NCBI RefSeq assembly: GCF_003018255.1
Contig: NZ_CP027440.1
Source of the DNA: Escherichia coli
GTDB taxonomy: Bacteria > Pseudomonadota > Gammaproteobacteria > Enterobacterales > Enterobacteriaceae
Direction: 5' to 3' (one strand)
DNA: 64,000 nucleotides
A program made the translations under genes and the position numbers. Positions within the stretch are counted from its first letter, which is position 1, and each line of letters begins with the position of its first letter. A model generated the notes under the pieces. The model did not search any database. It was not told the origin of the DNA and saw only the letters and a program-made list of their open reading frames with translations. This document shows, one piece after another, positions 12,289 to 26,345 of this stretch.

Positions 12289-12516
12289 TTAAACGTTTTT
12301 ACGTTCGATGGTCTGTTCGCCCCAAAAAAGCGAATCTTTATCGGTCTTAGCAAAGGCTTTGACTAACACTTCATCGCTACCTTCTTCCCAAATCTTTTCT
12401 GCCATTTTTTCGTCGTACCCGGCGACTTCGAAAATGGCCTCGGCTATTTCCGGCGACGTATTGCGCAGAGATGCCCATTCACCGACGTGATGAGCTTTCG
12501 CTTCTTGAGTTGGCAT
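12289..12516 (-). CDS. yccJ: uncharacterised protein YccJ (75 aa)
   Basis: 75-aa ORF ([23 protein letters not shown]...) directly downstream of wrbA in the same orientation. Confidence 0.88.
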
Positions 12517-12536
12517 GCGTATCCTCCTGTTGAAGA

Positions 12537-13151
<615 letters not shown>

Positions 13152-13505
13152 TTATCTCTATTCCGTAGCGATTCGCTACCACTTATTTAAAGATAAGACG
13201 TCCTTTTCAGAGTGCAAATTTCACAACCACTTATTTGATTTATAACAACTTTCACAAGCACGTAATTTTGTCGCAAAATGACACATTTTTATCTCATCGC
13301 GTTTTTTTAATCATAAGAGCGGCTTATGGATAATTATTGGAGATGGTATCTATTCTCGCTAAGAAGCTGTTGCAGGATATTACCAAACGCGGGTCTGCCC
13401 ACGTCAGTTCACTAAGCTTAGTCCCACGTAGCGAAAATATGGCAGCCGCCATACGCCGCGTTAATTCTATGCAATATGATGTCTATACCCAGACGGAGGT
13501 CAGTA

Positions 13506-13679
13506 ATGGCAAACCATCGAGGCGGTTCCGGCAATTTTGCAGAAGACCGCGAAAGAGCATCAGAAGCAGGTAAAAAAGGTGGACAGCACAGCGGGGGTAA
13601 TTTCAAAAATGACCCGCAGCGCGCATCTGAAGCAGGTAAAAAAGGTGGCAAGAGCAGTCACGGTAAAAGCGACAACTAG
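13506..13679 (+). CDS. ymdF: stress-induced KGG-repeat small protein YmdF (57 aa)
   Basis: Track ORF 13476..13679 trimmed to ATG at 13506 with SD ggaggt; MANHRGGSGNFAEDRERASEAGKKGG... with duplicated ASEAGKKGG motif. Confidence 0.85.
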   Translation: MANHRGGSGNFAEDRERASEAGKKGGQHSGGNFKNDPQRASEAGKKGGKSSHGKSDN

Positions 13680-13734
13680 CCGGGCTAATCAATGACGCAT
13701 GCATTTTTGTCTGTAGCTCGTCAAAACGCCATCA

Positions 13735-13760
13735 CCGCCGGTTACCCCGGCGGTTTTCTG
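13735..13760. terminator. stem-loop terminator between ymdF and rutG
   Basis: ccgccgg-ttacc-ccggcgg hairpin followed by ttttctgttt on the plus strand. Confidence 0.6.
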
Positions 13761-13761
13761 T

Positions 13762-15090
13762 TTATGGCTCCTGATGAACAACTTCTGGCGGTGGAACGTC
13801 AACCAACCTTCTGCTTAACAACGCATTGAGTAAAATCGCGCCAAAGGTGGCTGTACCGATCCCTCCCAACGTAAAACCGCCCAGTGTGAGAGCAAAATCA
13901 CCCGCACCCAGCACTAAGGTTACTGCGACCATAATCAAATTACCGTTCTGGCTTAAATCCACACTGTTTTGTACCCAGATCCGTGCGCCTGCGACGGCAA
14001 TCAGCCCGAACACAACAATTGATGCACCACCAATCACCGCGGCCGGAATAGTATGGATCAGCGCGCCAAATTTCGGCGAAAAGCCCAACAGCATGGCGAT
14101 GACGGCAGCGGCAACAAACACCAGCGTCGAGTAGACTTTTGTCACGGCCATCACACCAATATTCTCGGCGTAGGTGGTTACGCCGCTACCGCCGACAGAG
14201 CCAGAAAGCATCGTCGCCAGCCCATCGCCTACGAATGCCCGCCCCATATACGGGTCCATATTGCGTCCGGTCATCCCGGCGACCGCCTTGAGATGACCTA
14301 AGTTTTCCGCCACCAGAATCACCGCCACGGGCGCAATCAGCATCATTGCCTGACCATTAAAAGCAGGAGTGGAAAAATGTGGCAGACCGAACCAGGCAGC
14401 ATGGCTGACGAGAGTAAAATCGACGGCTTTTCCCAGCCCTAAAACGTTGGTCATCACGCCATACAGCAGACAGGCGACAATTAATCCTACGAGAATCAAT
14501 AATCGCTGGATCATGCCACGGGTAAATACGGCCACCAGCCCAATACACAGCACCGTCATTACCGCCATCCAGCTATCAAAGGCCGAAGCCGATACATTTT
14601 TCACTGCGATAGGCGCTAAGTTCAGGCCAATCGCCATCACTACCGCACCTGTCACAACCGGTGGCATTAGTCGTTCAATCCAGCGCGTACCGATTTTCAT
14701 CACCACCAGGCCAATGACGGTATAAACCAGCCCACAGGCGATAATCCCGCCCAGCGCGATGCTGATATTCGGATTAATTCCCTGACCATTAAAGCCCGTC
14801 GCGGCAATCACCACGCCGACAAAAGCCGCGCTGGAACCGAGATAACTGGGCACGTGCCCGCCGGTAATAAAGAAAAACAGTAACGTGCCGATCCCCGACA
14901 TTAAAATGGAAAGATTGGGATCCAGCCCCATCAGAATTGGCATTAACACCGTCGCGCCAAACATCGCCACCGCGTGTTGAACGCCCATTACTGCCGTTTG
15001 AGCAAACGGCAATCGTTCATCCGGCGCGACCACGCCGCTCTCTGTAGAGGTCGATTTTAACTGCCAGTGAGGAAAACCGAACATTGCCAT
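13762..15090 (-). CDS. rutG: pyrimidine (uracil) permease RutG (442 aa, NCS2 family)
   Basis: Track ORF trimmed to ATG at 15090 (MAMFGFPHWQLK) preceded by GGAG SD; polytopic membrane protein. Confidence 0.9.
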   Translation of the reverse strand: MAMFGFPHWQLKSTSTESGVVAPDERLPFAQTAVMGVQHAVAMFGATVLMPILMGLDPNLSILMSGIGTLLFFFITGGHVPSYLGSSAAFVGVVIAATGFNGQGINPNISIALGGIIACGLVYTVIGLVVMKIGTRWIERLMPPVVTGAVVMAIGLNLAPIAVKNVSASAFDSWMAVMTVLCIGLVAVFTRGMIQRLLILVGLIVACLLYGVMTNVLGLGKAVDFTLVSHAAWFGLPHFSTPAFNGQAMMLIAPVAVILVAENLGHLKAVAGMTGRNMDPYMGRAFVGDGLATMLSGSVGGSGVTTYAENIGVMAVTKVYSTLVFVAAAVIAMLLGFSPKFGALIHTIPAAVIGGASIVVFGLIAVAGARIWVQNSVDLSQNGNLIMVAVTLVLGAGDFALTLGGFTLGGIGTATFGAILLNALLSRRLVDVPPPEVVHQEP

Positions 15091-15110
15091 CAGCTGTCTC
15101 CTTAAGGAGG

Positions 15111-15605
15111 TTAACAAGCAGGGCGCATCAGCGCGTGATAACTGCGATCGAACCACACCAGCCCGTAGGGTGTGGCGTGACGATGAATCGCTTCGATGGC
15201 GCAAAACAAAATGTCGTGGGTGCCGACGCTCACCACCTGGCTGATACGGCAGTCAAACGAAACCAGTGCCTCTTCCAGTTGCGGGCATCCGGTCACACCA
15301 GTCTGCCAGCGGGCGGCGGCAAAGCGGTGTTCCATGGGCGTTTTGCCGCCAAAAAGGTTTGAAAGCGGCTCCTGCCCGGCGCTAAGTGTATTTACACACA
15401 GCGTTCGATTTTCATTGAATACCGGCCAGACGGACGCCCCACGATTCAGGCACACCAGTAATGTGGGCGGCGTGTCAGTCACGCTGCAGACGGCGCTGGC
15501 GGTGAACCCGGCGCGCCCGGCTGGACCGTCCGTAGTGATGATATTGACCGCCGCGCCCATACAGGACATCGCATCGCGAAAGGTTTGTTGATCGACAATG
15601 TTCAT
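15111..15605 (-). CDS. rutF: flavin reductase RutF (164 aa)
   Basis: Track ORF trimmed to ATG at 15605 ([14 protein letters not shown]) with AAGGAG SD. Confidence 0.9.
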
Positions 15606-15615
15606 TGTTTGCTCC

Positions 15616-16206
15616 TTACAACAGCCCGCAGGCTTCTTCAAAGGACAGACGTGGCAGGCGCGCAAAAAGTTTGCTGGAATCGCCATAGCCGATATTAATC
15701 AGCAGATTGCTCTTCAGCGTGCTGCCCGCAAAAAAGGCGTCGTCAACGTATTGACGGTCAAAGCCCGACATCGGGCCGGTATCCAGCCCCAGCGCACGGC
15801 AGGCGACGATCAGATAGGCCGCCTGCATGGAACTGTTGCGAAACGCTGTTTCTTCGGCAAGTTGTGGACTGGAGGTAAACCAACTGCGGGCATCGCCGTG
15901 AGGAAACAGCTGTGGTAACCGTTCATAAAATTCACTGTCCCAGGCGACGATAGCGGTGACGGGCGCGGTCAGGGTTTTTTGCAGATTGCCGCTGGAAAGC
16001 GCCGGGCGCAGACGTTCTTTTCCTTCTGCAGTGCGGATAAACACGATCCGTGCCGGAGAACAGTTAGCTGATGTCGGCCCCCATTTCATCAGGGCATAAA
16101 TCTCCCGTAACGTCTCATCGCTGACGGGTGTCTCCCGCCAGCCGTTGTGAGTGCGGGCATCGGTGAACAGGGTGCTAAGCGCACCTGGGCTAACGGCTTC
16201 GTTCAT
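15616..16206 (-). CDS. rutE: malonic semialdehyde reductase RutE (196 aa, nitroreductase-like)
   Basis: 196-aa [26 protein letters not shown]. Confidence 0.92.
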
Positions 16207-16215
16207 AGCAATTCC

Positions 16216-17016
16216 TTACAGAGCGGCTTCACGGTGATGTAACAGGCTGGCAAGCCCGTTGAGTAACAGAGCATTAAACGTTTCGGGATCGGTCACGTTG
16301 CAGGCGTGTCCGCCATAGCGCATCACCATTTTCTGGCTATCGGGCAGGGCGGCATGAAGTTCACTGGAACATGCTGTTGGCACCAGCAGATCATCACTGG
16401 CGCAGATGATTTGCACCGGGCAGCGGATACGATCCGCATGGTGACTAAAGTCAGCGCGTTTGAGGGCGTTAAGTCGACGCAGTAAATTATTTTTGCCTTG
16501 AAAATGCGCCAGTGCCAGCGCGTCTTCTGCCTCAAGGCGAGGTGCGCGGGCCGCCATCCAGTCGGCGGGATAGAGGAACAACGGCTGCGCTTCCACCCAT
16601 GCCTGCGCGCCGCCGCTATGTAGTAACTGTTCGCGAACCTGAAAACAGCGGCGCGTATGGGCGTTTATTCGTAGCCAGCCGTTAACGCTGACCAGCACAG
16701 TTACCGACGCGGGATAATCCAGCGCCAGCTGCATTCCCACCAGCGCACCGAGCGCATGGCCGACCACCGCGTAACGCTCAATCCCTGCGGCTACCAGCGC
16801 CTGATGCAGTTCCGCTGCCATCTGGGCGATACTGTAATCTTCTGCCAGCGTGTCGGGATTATTGCCGGTGCCGCGCTGGTCGTAACAGACTACCTGATAC
16901 TCCTGAACCAACACCGCCAGTTGCGGTAACCAGTAACTGCCGCTACCGCCAAGACCCGAAATCAACACCACTACGGGCGCATCAGCATAAGGGGGAGGTG
17001 AGAGTGAAAGTTTCAT
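16216..17016 (-). CDS. rutD: aminoacrylate hydrolase RutD (266 aa, alpha/beta hydrolase)
   Basis: Track ORF (TTG-initiated) trimmed to ATG at 17016 ([26 protein letters not shown]). Confidence 0.9.
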   Translation of the reverse strand: MKLSLSPPPYADAPVVVLISGLGGSGSYWLPQLAVLVQEYQVVCYDQRGTGNNPDTLAEDYSIAQMAAELHQALVAAGIERYAVVGHALGALVGMQLALDYPASVTVLVSVNGWLRINAHTRRCFQVREQLLHSGGAQAWVEAQPLFLYPADWMAARAPRLEAEDALALAHFQGKNNLLRRLNALKRADFSHHADRIRCPVQIICASDDLLVPTACSSELHAALPDSQKMVMRYGGHACNVTDPETFNALLLNGLASLLHHREAAL

Positions 17017-17023
17017 CGCGGCC

Positions 17024-17410
17024 TCACTTGGCGATATGCGCAATTGTGGCGATTTCCACCAGCGCGTCAGGTTTTACCAGTCCGCACTGAATGCAGAATC
17101 GCGCCGGTTTGTCACCCGGGAAAAATTCGGCGTAGATTTCGTTAATCGCGGCGTAATTTTTCCAGTCGGTAATAAAGATGCTGTTGAAGGTCACATCCGC
17201 CATTGTGCCACCCGCCGTCTCGATGACCTTGCGGATGGTTTCCAGAACGTGGCGGGTTTGCGCCTTTGGGTCATCGGCAAACAGCACGTTGTTATGTTGA
17301 TCAAAAGCCAGCGTACCGGAGACATACACCACGCCATCAGCCAGCGTGCCGGGAACGAAGGGGGCCAGCGGTGCGCTGCTGCCAGCAGGAATAATTACGG
17401 ATTTTGGCAT
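17024..17410 (-). CDS. rutC: aminoacrylate peracid reductase RutC (128 aa, YjgF/RidA family)
   Basis: 128-aa [35 protein letters not shown]. Confidence 0.93.
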
Positions 17411-17421
17411 CGTTAAACTCC

Positions 17422-19262
<1,841 letters not shown>

Positions 19263-19290
19263 ATCCTTTTCAGCCGCGTAATGGCTTGTT

Positions 19291-19307
19291 TGCAAAGCGG
19301 ATGCCAG
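19291..19307 (-). promoter_or_regulatory. sigma-54 (-24/-12) promoter for the rut operon
   Basis: Minus strand reads CTGGCATccgctTTGCA, matching TGGCAC-N5-TTGCA; located just upstream of rutA. Confidence 0.75.
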
Positions 19308-19370
19308 TTTTTAAAAAGTGAATGTTATTAATGTGTTAATGTTAAGTTGTCTAAAATGCCTGAAAAAAAG

Positions 19371-19386
19371 TGGACTAAACGGTCAA
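19371..19386. promoter_or_regulatory. candidate RutR operator in the rutA-rutR intergenic region
   Basis: tggactaaacggtcaa resembles the palindromic RutR box TTGACCAnnTGGTCAA (imperfect left half). Confidence 0.5.
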
Positions 19387-19492
19387 AACAGTTGCACATA
19401 AAACATGCATTCGTGCGCGATGAGAGTGCAGAAGGTCGAGGCCGGGCGGGGGTTTTGCTATCCTGTTGCCAATCAACAAGAGGGGAGAGCGC

Positions 19493-20131
19493 ATGACGCA
19501 AGGCGCAGTGAAAACAACGGGTAAGCGTTCGCGCGCAGTAAGCGCGAAGAAAAAAGCGATTCTTAGCGCAGCACTGGACACTTTTTCACAATTCGGTTTT
19601 CACGGCACAAGGCTGGAGCAGATCGCGGAGTTGGCGGGTGTTTCAAAAACCAATCTGCTGTATTACTTTCCGTCAAAAGAGGCGCTGTATATAGCCGTAC
19701 TGCGGCAGATTCTCGATATCTGGCTGGCACCGTTAAAAGCGTTTCGAGAAGATTTCGCCCCGCTGGCGGCGATCAAAGAATACATCCGTCTGAAGCTGGA
19801 AGTTTCCCGCGATTATCCGCAGGCTTCGCGCCTGTTCTGTATGGAGATGCTGGCAGGTGCACCGCTGTTAATGGATGAACTGACGGGCGATTTGAAGGCA
19901 TTAATTGATGAGAAATCGGCGCTCATTGCCGGTTGGGTTAAAAGCGGCAAACTCGCGCCGATTGACCCGCAGCATTTGATTTTTATGATTTGGGCTTCCA
20001 CTCAACATTACGCCGATTTTGCCCCTCAGGTGGAGGCGGTGACAGGCGCGACGTTGCGCGATGAGGTGTTTTTCAATCAAACGGTTGAAAACGTGCAGCG
20101 GATTATTATTGAGGGGATTCGACCACGTTAA
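19493..20131 (+). CDS. rutR: TetR-family repressor RutR (212 aa)
   Basis: Track ORF trimmed to ATG at 19493 (MTQGAVKTTGKRSRAVSAKKK), SD aggggagag; TetR HTH (FHGTRLEQIAELAGVSKTNLLYYF). Confidence 0.92.
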   Translation: MTQGAVKTTGKRSRAVSAKKKAILSAALDTFSQFGFHGTRLEQIAELAGVSKTNLLYYFPSKEALYIAVLRQILDIWLAPLKAFREDFAPLAAIKEYIRLKLEVSRDYPQASRLFCMEMLAGAPLLMDELTGDLKALIDEKSALIAGWVKSGKLAPIDPQHLIFMIWASTQHYADFAPQVEAVTGATLRDEVFFNQTVENVQRIIIEGIRPR

Positions 20132-20170
20132 AGATGCCGGAGGAGGTTGTAACATCCTCCGGCTACCTGT

Positions 20171-23100
20171 TTAACCGATCGTCATTAAACTGGCGTTACC
20201 GCCAGCAGCAGCGGTATTCACACTCAGCGAACGCTCGATATACAGCCGTTCCAGAAGGATATTGCTTTCGCCACGGGCAAAACCCTGCACCGAAACAATT
20301 GCACCATCCCGCGCGGCAACGGCTTCACACAATGCGCGAAGCTGATCCGAATCACCGTGGAAGATCACCGCATCAAATGGTTGAGCGGTTATATTTTCCG
20401 CTTTCGCCAGTTGAATACGTTCGCTGACTGCCGATGGCAATGCCTTCACTAACTGACGATGCAGCGCATCATCCGGCCACAGCACCTGGCTACCCACCGC
20501 CAGCACGGCGGCGAGCTGAGTCAGCGCATCCTGTTCATCATCCGCAATACACAACACGCGCTCACGCGGCAGCAGCGTCCAGGTGTTGCGTTCACCCGTC
20601 GGCCCTGGCAACAATCGTTGTGTTCCTGCCTGCGCCAACTCGCCATATTGCGTACATAACGCCTGCAATTCTGGACGGTTTGCCGCCCATTCCCGCAGTG
20701 CATTTAGCGGCTGAGTCAATGCGGCTTTCAACTGCGCATCGACCGGATACTCCGCATCCTGACGCGCGAGCGTCACTGCCAGCGCACTTTCCGGGCGATT
20801 CGCCAGCAGACGGTAGAGATAGAGCGGACCGCCTGCTTTCGGCCCGGTACCGGACAACCCTTCGCCGCCGAACGGTTGCACCCCAACCACCGCGCCCACC
20901 ATATTACGGTTAACGTACAGATTACCGACCTGGGCCGAGCCAGTGACCTGGGCAATGGTTTCATCAATACGCGTATGAACGCCAAGCGTCAGACCATAAC
21001 CGGAAGCGTTAATCTGCTCGATCAGCGCCGGCAGCTGGTTACGGTTGTAACGCACCACATGCAACACCGGACCAAAGACCTCTTTTTGTAATTCGGCAAA
21101 GTCATCCAGTTCGATCAGCGTCGGAGCGACAAAGGTGCCGCTTTGCCATTCACGGGCATCTTCGCTGTTTTCCCGCACCGCCTGGAACACCTGACGGCCT
21201 TTACTACGCATGGTCTGAATATGACGCTCGATATTGGCTTTCGCTTCGCTATCAATCACCGGACCGATATCGGTGGTCAGGCGACCCGGATTACCCATCC
21301 GGCATTCGGCCATTGCGCCGCGCAGCATTTTCAGCGTGTGGCCGGCAATCTCATCTTGCAGGCACAGCACGCGCAGTGCCGAACAACGCTGACCTGCACT
21401 GTCGAACGCCGAGGCCAGCACATCTATTACGACTTGTTCGGTCAGTGCTGAAGAATCGACAATCATCGCGTTCATGCCGCCGGTTTCCGCAATGAGCGGA
21501 ATTGGGCGACCCTGAGCGTCCAGGCGGCTGGCGATATTGCGTTGCAGTAACGTAGCGACTTCGGTTGAACCGGTAAACATCACCCCGCGCACGCGTTCAT
21601 CACCCGTCAGTTGCGCGCCCACGGTTTCACCCCGACCTGGCAGCAATTGCACCACGCCTGGCGGTACACCCGCTTCCAGCAAAATGGCGATCCCTTGCGC
21701 GGCAATCAGCGGCGTTTGTTCTGCCGGTTTTGCCAGTACGCTGTTACCTGCCGCCAGTGCGGCAGCGATCTGCCCGGTGAAAATCGCCAGCGGGAAGTTC
21801 CACGGGCTGATACATACCACAGGCCCTAATGGACGATGGGTTTCGTTAGCGAAATCATCCCGCACCTGTCCGGCGTAGTAGTGGAGAAAATCGACCGCTT
21901 CACGCACTTCGGCAATGGCGTTACTGAAGGTTTTTCCGGCTTCACGCACCAGAATACCAATCAGTTGCTGCATCTGGCTTTCCATTAGCACGGCAGCGCG
22001 ATGCAAAATCGCCGCGCGTTCAGCCGGAGGAGTGGCAAACCAGATTGGCGCATTATTAACCGCACTTTCCAGCGCTTGTTCTACTTCACGCGGCGTGGCT
22101 TCACGCACAAAGCCCACAATATCTTTCGGTTCCGCAGGGTTAATAACGGGCGACATCTCACCTGCCGCTACCGGTTGTTCCAGCATTGGCAAGGCCTGCC
22201 ATTTTTGCAGTGCACTATTGAGCAGGGCAGAGGAGAGCGAGGCCAGACGGTGTTCGTTAGCGAGATCCAGCCCTGCCGAGTTGTCGCGCCCGTGACCGTA
22301 AAGATCGCGCGGCAGGGGAATTTTCGGATGCGGTAATCCAGTTTGCCCTTCCTGTTGCGCCAGTTTTTCTACAGCAGTGACCGGATCGGCAACCAGTTCA
22401 TCCAGTGGCAAAGAGGTGTCGGCAATACGGTTAACAAACGAGGTGTTAGCACCGTTTTCCAGCAGGCGACGCACCAGATACGCCAGCAGCGTTTCATGTG
22501 TGCCAACCGGGGCATAAATACGACACGGACGGTTAAGTTTGCCGTCGGCAACTTTCCCGGTGACCTGCTCATACAGTGGCTCGCCCATACCATGCAGGCA
22601 CTGGAATTCGTACTGACCCGGGTAGTAGTTCTGACCCGCCAGTTGATAAATTGCCGCCAGCGTATGGGCGTTATGCGTTGCGAACTGCGGGTAGATTAGA
22701 TTCGGCACCGCCAGCAGCTTTTTCGCACAGGCGAGATATGAAACGTCGGTATACACCTTGCGGGTATAAACCGGATAACCTTCAAGGCCGTCCATCTGCG
22801 CGCGCTTGATTTCACTATCCCAGTACGCGCCTTTCACCAGGCGAATCATCAGACGGCGACGGCTGCGGGTGGCGAGATCAATCAGGTAATCAATCACCGG
22901 TGGGCAGCGTTTTTGATAAGCCTGAATAACAAAACCGATGCCGTTCCAGCCTGCCAGTTCCGGCTCGAAACAGAGTTTTTCCAGCAGATCGAGGGAGATC
23001 TCCAGACGATCGGCCTCTTCGGCATCGATGTTAATACCAATATCGTACTGACGCGCCAGCAGGGTGAGTGATTTCAGACGTGGGTAAAGCTCTTCCATTA

Positions 23101-24133
23101 CCCGGTCATACTGGGCGCGGCTGTAACGCGGATGCAGCGCCGACAGCTTGATTGAAATGCCCGGACCTTCATAGATGCCACGACCATTGGACGCTTTACC
23201 AATGGCGTGAATCGCCTGCTGATAGGAAACCATATACGCCTGTGCATCTGCGGCGGTCAGCGCGGCTTCGCCCAGCATATCGTAGGAGTAACGGAAACCT
23301 TTCTCTTCCAGCTTGCGTGCATTGGCTAACGCTTCTGCAATGGTTTCACCCGTGACGAACTGCTCGCCCATCAGGCGCATCGCCATATCCACACCTTTGC
23401 GGATCAGCGGTTCACCGCTCTTACCGATAATGCGGTTCAGCGAGCGGGAGAGGCTGGCTTCGTTATGGGTGGAAACCAGTTTGCCGGTAAACAGCAGCCC
23501 CCAGGTGGCGGCATTAACAAACAACGACGGGCTACGACCAATGTGTGACTGCCAGTTACCGTTGCTGATTTTGTCGCGAATTAACGCATCACGGGTGGCT
23601 TTGTCGGGAATACGCAACAACGCTTCTGCCAGACACATCAGCGCCACGCCTTCCTGCGATGACAACGAAAACTCCTGCAATAACCCCTGAACCATACCTG
23701 CGCGACCACTGGCGTTTTTTTGATTACGCAGTTTATCGGCCAGTTGATACGCCAGTTTGTGCGCCTGTTCAGCAACTGGCTGCGGCAGGCGAGCTTGTTC
23801 CAGCAGCATCGAAACCGCTTCGGTTTCCGGACGGCGATAGGCAGCGGTGATCGCGGCGCGGGAAACCGACTGGGGCAAAATTTGCTCGGCAAAGTCGAGG
23901 AAAGGCTGGTGTGGTTCCTCTGCCGGAGTCGGTGCTTCATCGCTCTCATTGGCAGCGCCAGAAAGCAGCGCAGGTAGCTCCGGCAGAGTATCGCTGTTTT
24001 CCAGTTGTTCAAGATAAGAAAAAATCGCCTGTTTAATTAACCAGTGTGGCGTGCGATCGATACGTGTCGCGGCAGACTTAATACGCTCACGCGTCGCGTC
24101 GTCCAGCTTAACCCCCATGGTGGTGGTTCCCAT
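20171..24133 (-). CDS. putA: bifunctional proline dehydrogenase / P5C dehydrogenase and transcriptional repressor PutA (1320 aa)
   Basis: Track ORF trimmed to ATG at 24133 (MGTTTMGVKLDDATRERIK, ribbon-helix-helix N-terminus); 1320 aa. Confidence 0.93.
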   Translation of the reverse strand: MGTTTMGVKLDDATRERIKSAATRIDRTPHWLIKQAIFSYLEQLENSDTLPELPALLSGAANESDEAPTPAEEPHQPFLDFAEQILPQSVSRAAITAAYRRPETEAVSMLLEQARLPQPVAEQAHKLAYQLADKLRNQKNASGRAGMVQGLLQEFSLSSQEGVALMCLAEALLRIPDKATRDALIRDKISNGNWQSHIGRSPSLFVNAATWGLLFTGKLVSTHNEASLSRSLNRIIGKSGEPLIRKGVDMAMRLMGEQFVTGETIAEALANARKLEEKGFRYSYDMLGEAALTAADAQAYMVSYQQAIHAIGKASNGRGIYEGPGISIKLSALHPRYSRAQYDRVMEELYPRLKSLTLLARQYDIGINIDAEEADRLEISLDLLEKLCFEPELAGWNGIGFVIQAYQKRCPPVIDYLIDLATRSRRRLMIRLVKGAYWDSEIKRAQMDGLEGYPVYTRKVYTDVSYLACAKKLLAVPNLIYPQFATHNAHTLAAIYQLAGQNYYPGQYEFQCLHGMGEPLYEQVTGKVADGKLNRPCRIYAPVGTHETLLAYLVRRLLENGANTSFVNRIADTSLPLDELVADPVTAVEKLAQQEGQTGLPHPKIPLPRDLYGHGRDNSAGLDLANEHRLASLSSALLNSALQKWQALPMLEQPVAAGEMSPVINPAEPKDIVGFVREATPREVEQALESAVNNAPIWFATPPAERAAILHRAAVLMESQMQQLIGILVREAGKTFSNAIAEVREAVDFLHYYAGQVRDDFANETHRPLGPVVCISPWNFPLAIFTGQIAAALAAGNSVLAKPAEQTPLIAAQGIAILLEAGVPPGVVQLLPGRGETVGAQLTGDERVRGVMFTGSTEVATLLQRNIASRLDAQGRPIPLIAETGGMNAMIVDSSALTEQVVIDVLASAFDSAGQRCSALRVLCLQDEIAGHTLKMLRGAMAECRMGNPGRLTTDIGPVIDSEAKANIERHIQTMRSKGRQVFQAVRENSEDAREWQSGTFVAPTLIELDDFAELQKEVFGPVLHVVRYNRNQLPALIEQINASGYGLTLGVHTRIDETIAQVTGSAQVGNLYVNRNMVGAVVGVQPFGGEGLSGTGPKAGGPLYLYRLLANRPESALAVTLARQDAEYPVDAQLKAALTQPLNALREWAANRPELQALCTQYGELAQAGTQRLLPGPTGERNTWTLLPRERVLCIADDEQDALTQLAAVLAVGSQVLWPDDALHRQLVKALPSAVSERIQLAKAENITAQPFDAVIFHGDSDQLRALCEAVAARDGAIVSVQGFARGESNILLERLYIERSLSVNTAAAGGNASLMTIG

Positions 24134-24157
24134 GCCATTACTCCTGTTGTTCTGAAA

Positions 24158-24368
24158 GGTGCAACTTAACGTTATCGTGAAATATCCATGATGTTGCAAC
24201 TTTGTGCAACTGTGTTAAATGTGACCTGCGTAGCAAGCTTAAAAATGAATGAAATGTTAATAAACGAAATCGATATGACAGGGATTAAAAAAATAACTCA
24301 GACTTTTTCTCTGCGGCAGTTAACATTTTTGAAAGGTGCAACCGCAAAAAATGTGAGAGAGTGCAACC
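24158..24368. promoter_or_regulatory. put control region with five PutA operator hexamers (GTTGCA / TGCAAC)
   Basis: TGCAAC at 24160-24165, 24195-24200, 24205-24210, 24338-24343, 24363-24368 in the divergent putA-putP intergenic region. Confidence 0.7.
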
Positions 24369-24555
24369 TGATGAAAAATAGTGTCGCTGAGCACTAAAAT
24401 TTAATGTAAATGGTGTGTTAAATCGATTGTGAATAACCAGCGCTTCCGGCAGGATACGGTCGCCCTGGTAAAACATAAACTCTGTTACCCCGTTCCGGTG
24501 GCAGATATAACGGCAAGTTTCGACATTGCCGATAATAATTTTTTGGAGACTTTAG

Positions 24556-26064
<1,509 letters not shown>

Positions 26065-26099
26065 GGGACTTAGCCTGCGGCGGTTTTGTTTGGCTTCAG

Positions 26100-26345
26100 C
26101 AGCGGGTTGCGCTCCCTTAATGTGCCTCGCCATATAAATTGAATGGTGCAGGGAGCGCGCAGGGGGCGGCCAATCGCCGCCGCCCCCTGCACCCCCGGGC
26201 TCTGGCGAACAAAATCGCCGCTGCGCGGTACCTTCAGCTTATCCCCTTCGGCTACCGGGTCGGGCGCGAGGTAACGTCCTGTAAGACGCGCCCTCAGCCC
26301 ACATCCATGTGGGCTGCCCCGGCCTTCGGGGAACGCTTCAGCGAT
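26100..26345. repeat. GC-rich element with nested dyad symmetries (box C/RSA-like intergenic repeat or structured 3' UTR)
   Basis: gcgctccct...agggagcgc; perfect 12-bp inverted repeat gcagggggcggc / gccgccccctgc; cccacat/atgtggg; ccccggccttcgggg hairpin; no credible ORF. Confidence 0.5.

Noticed and set aside
13337-13651. ORFs 13337..13573 (+) and 13418..13651 (-) overlapping ymdF
   Set aside because: They are alternative frames across the ymdF promoter and coding repeat; the repeated FLPASDA peptide in the antisense frame simply mirrors the ymdF nucleotide repeat
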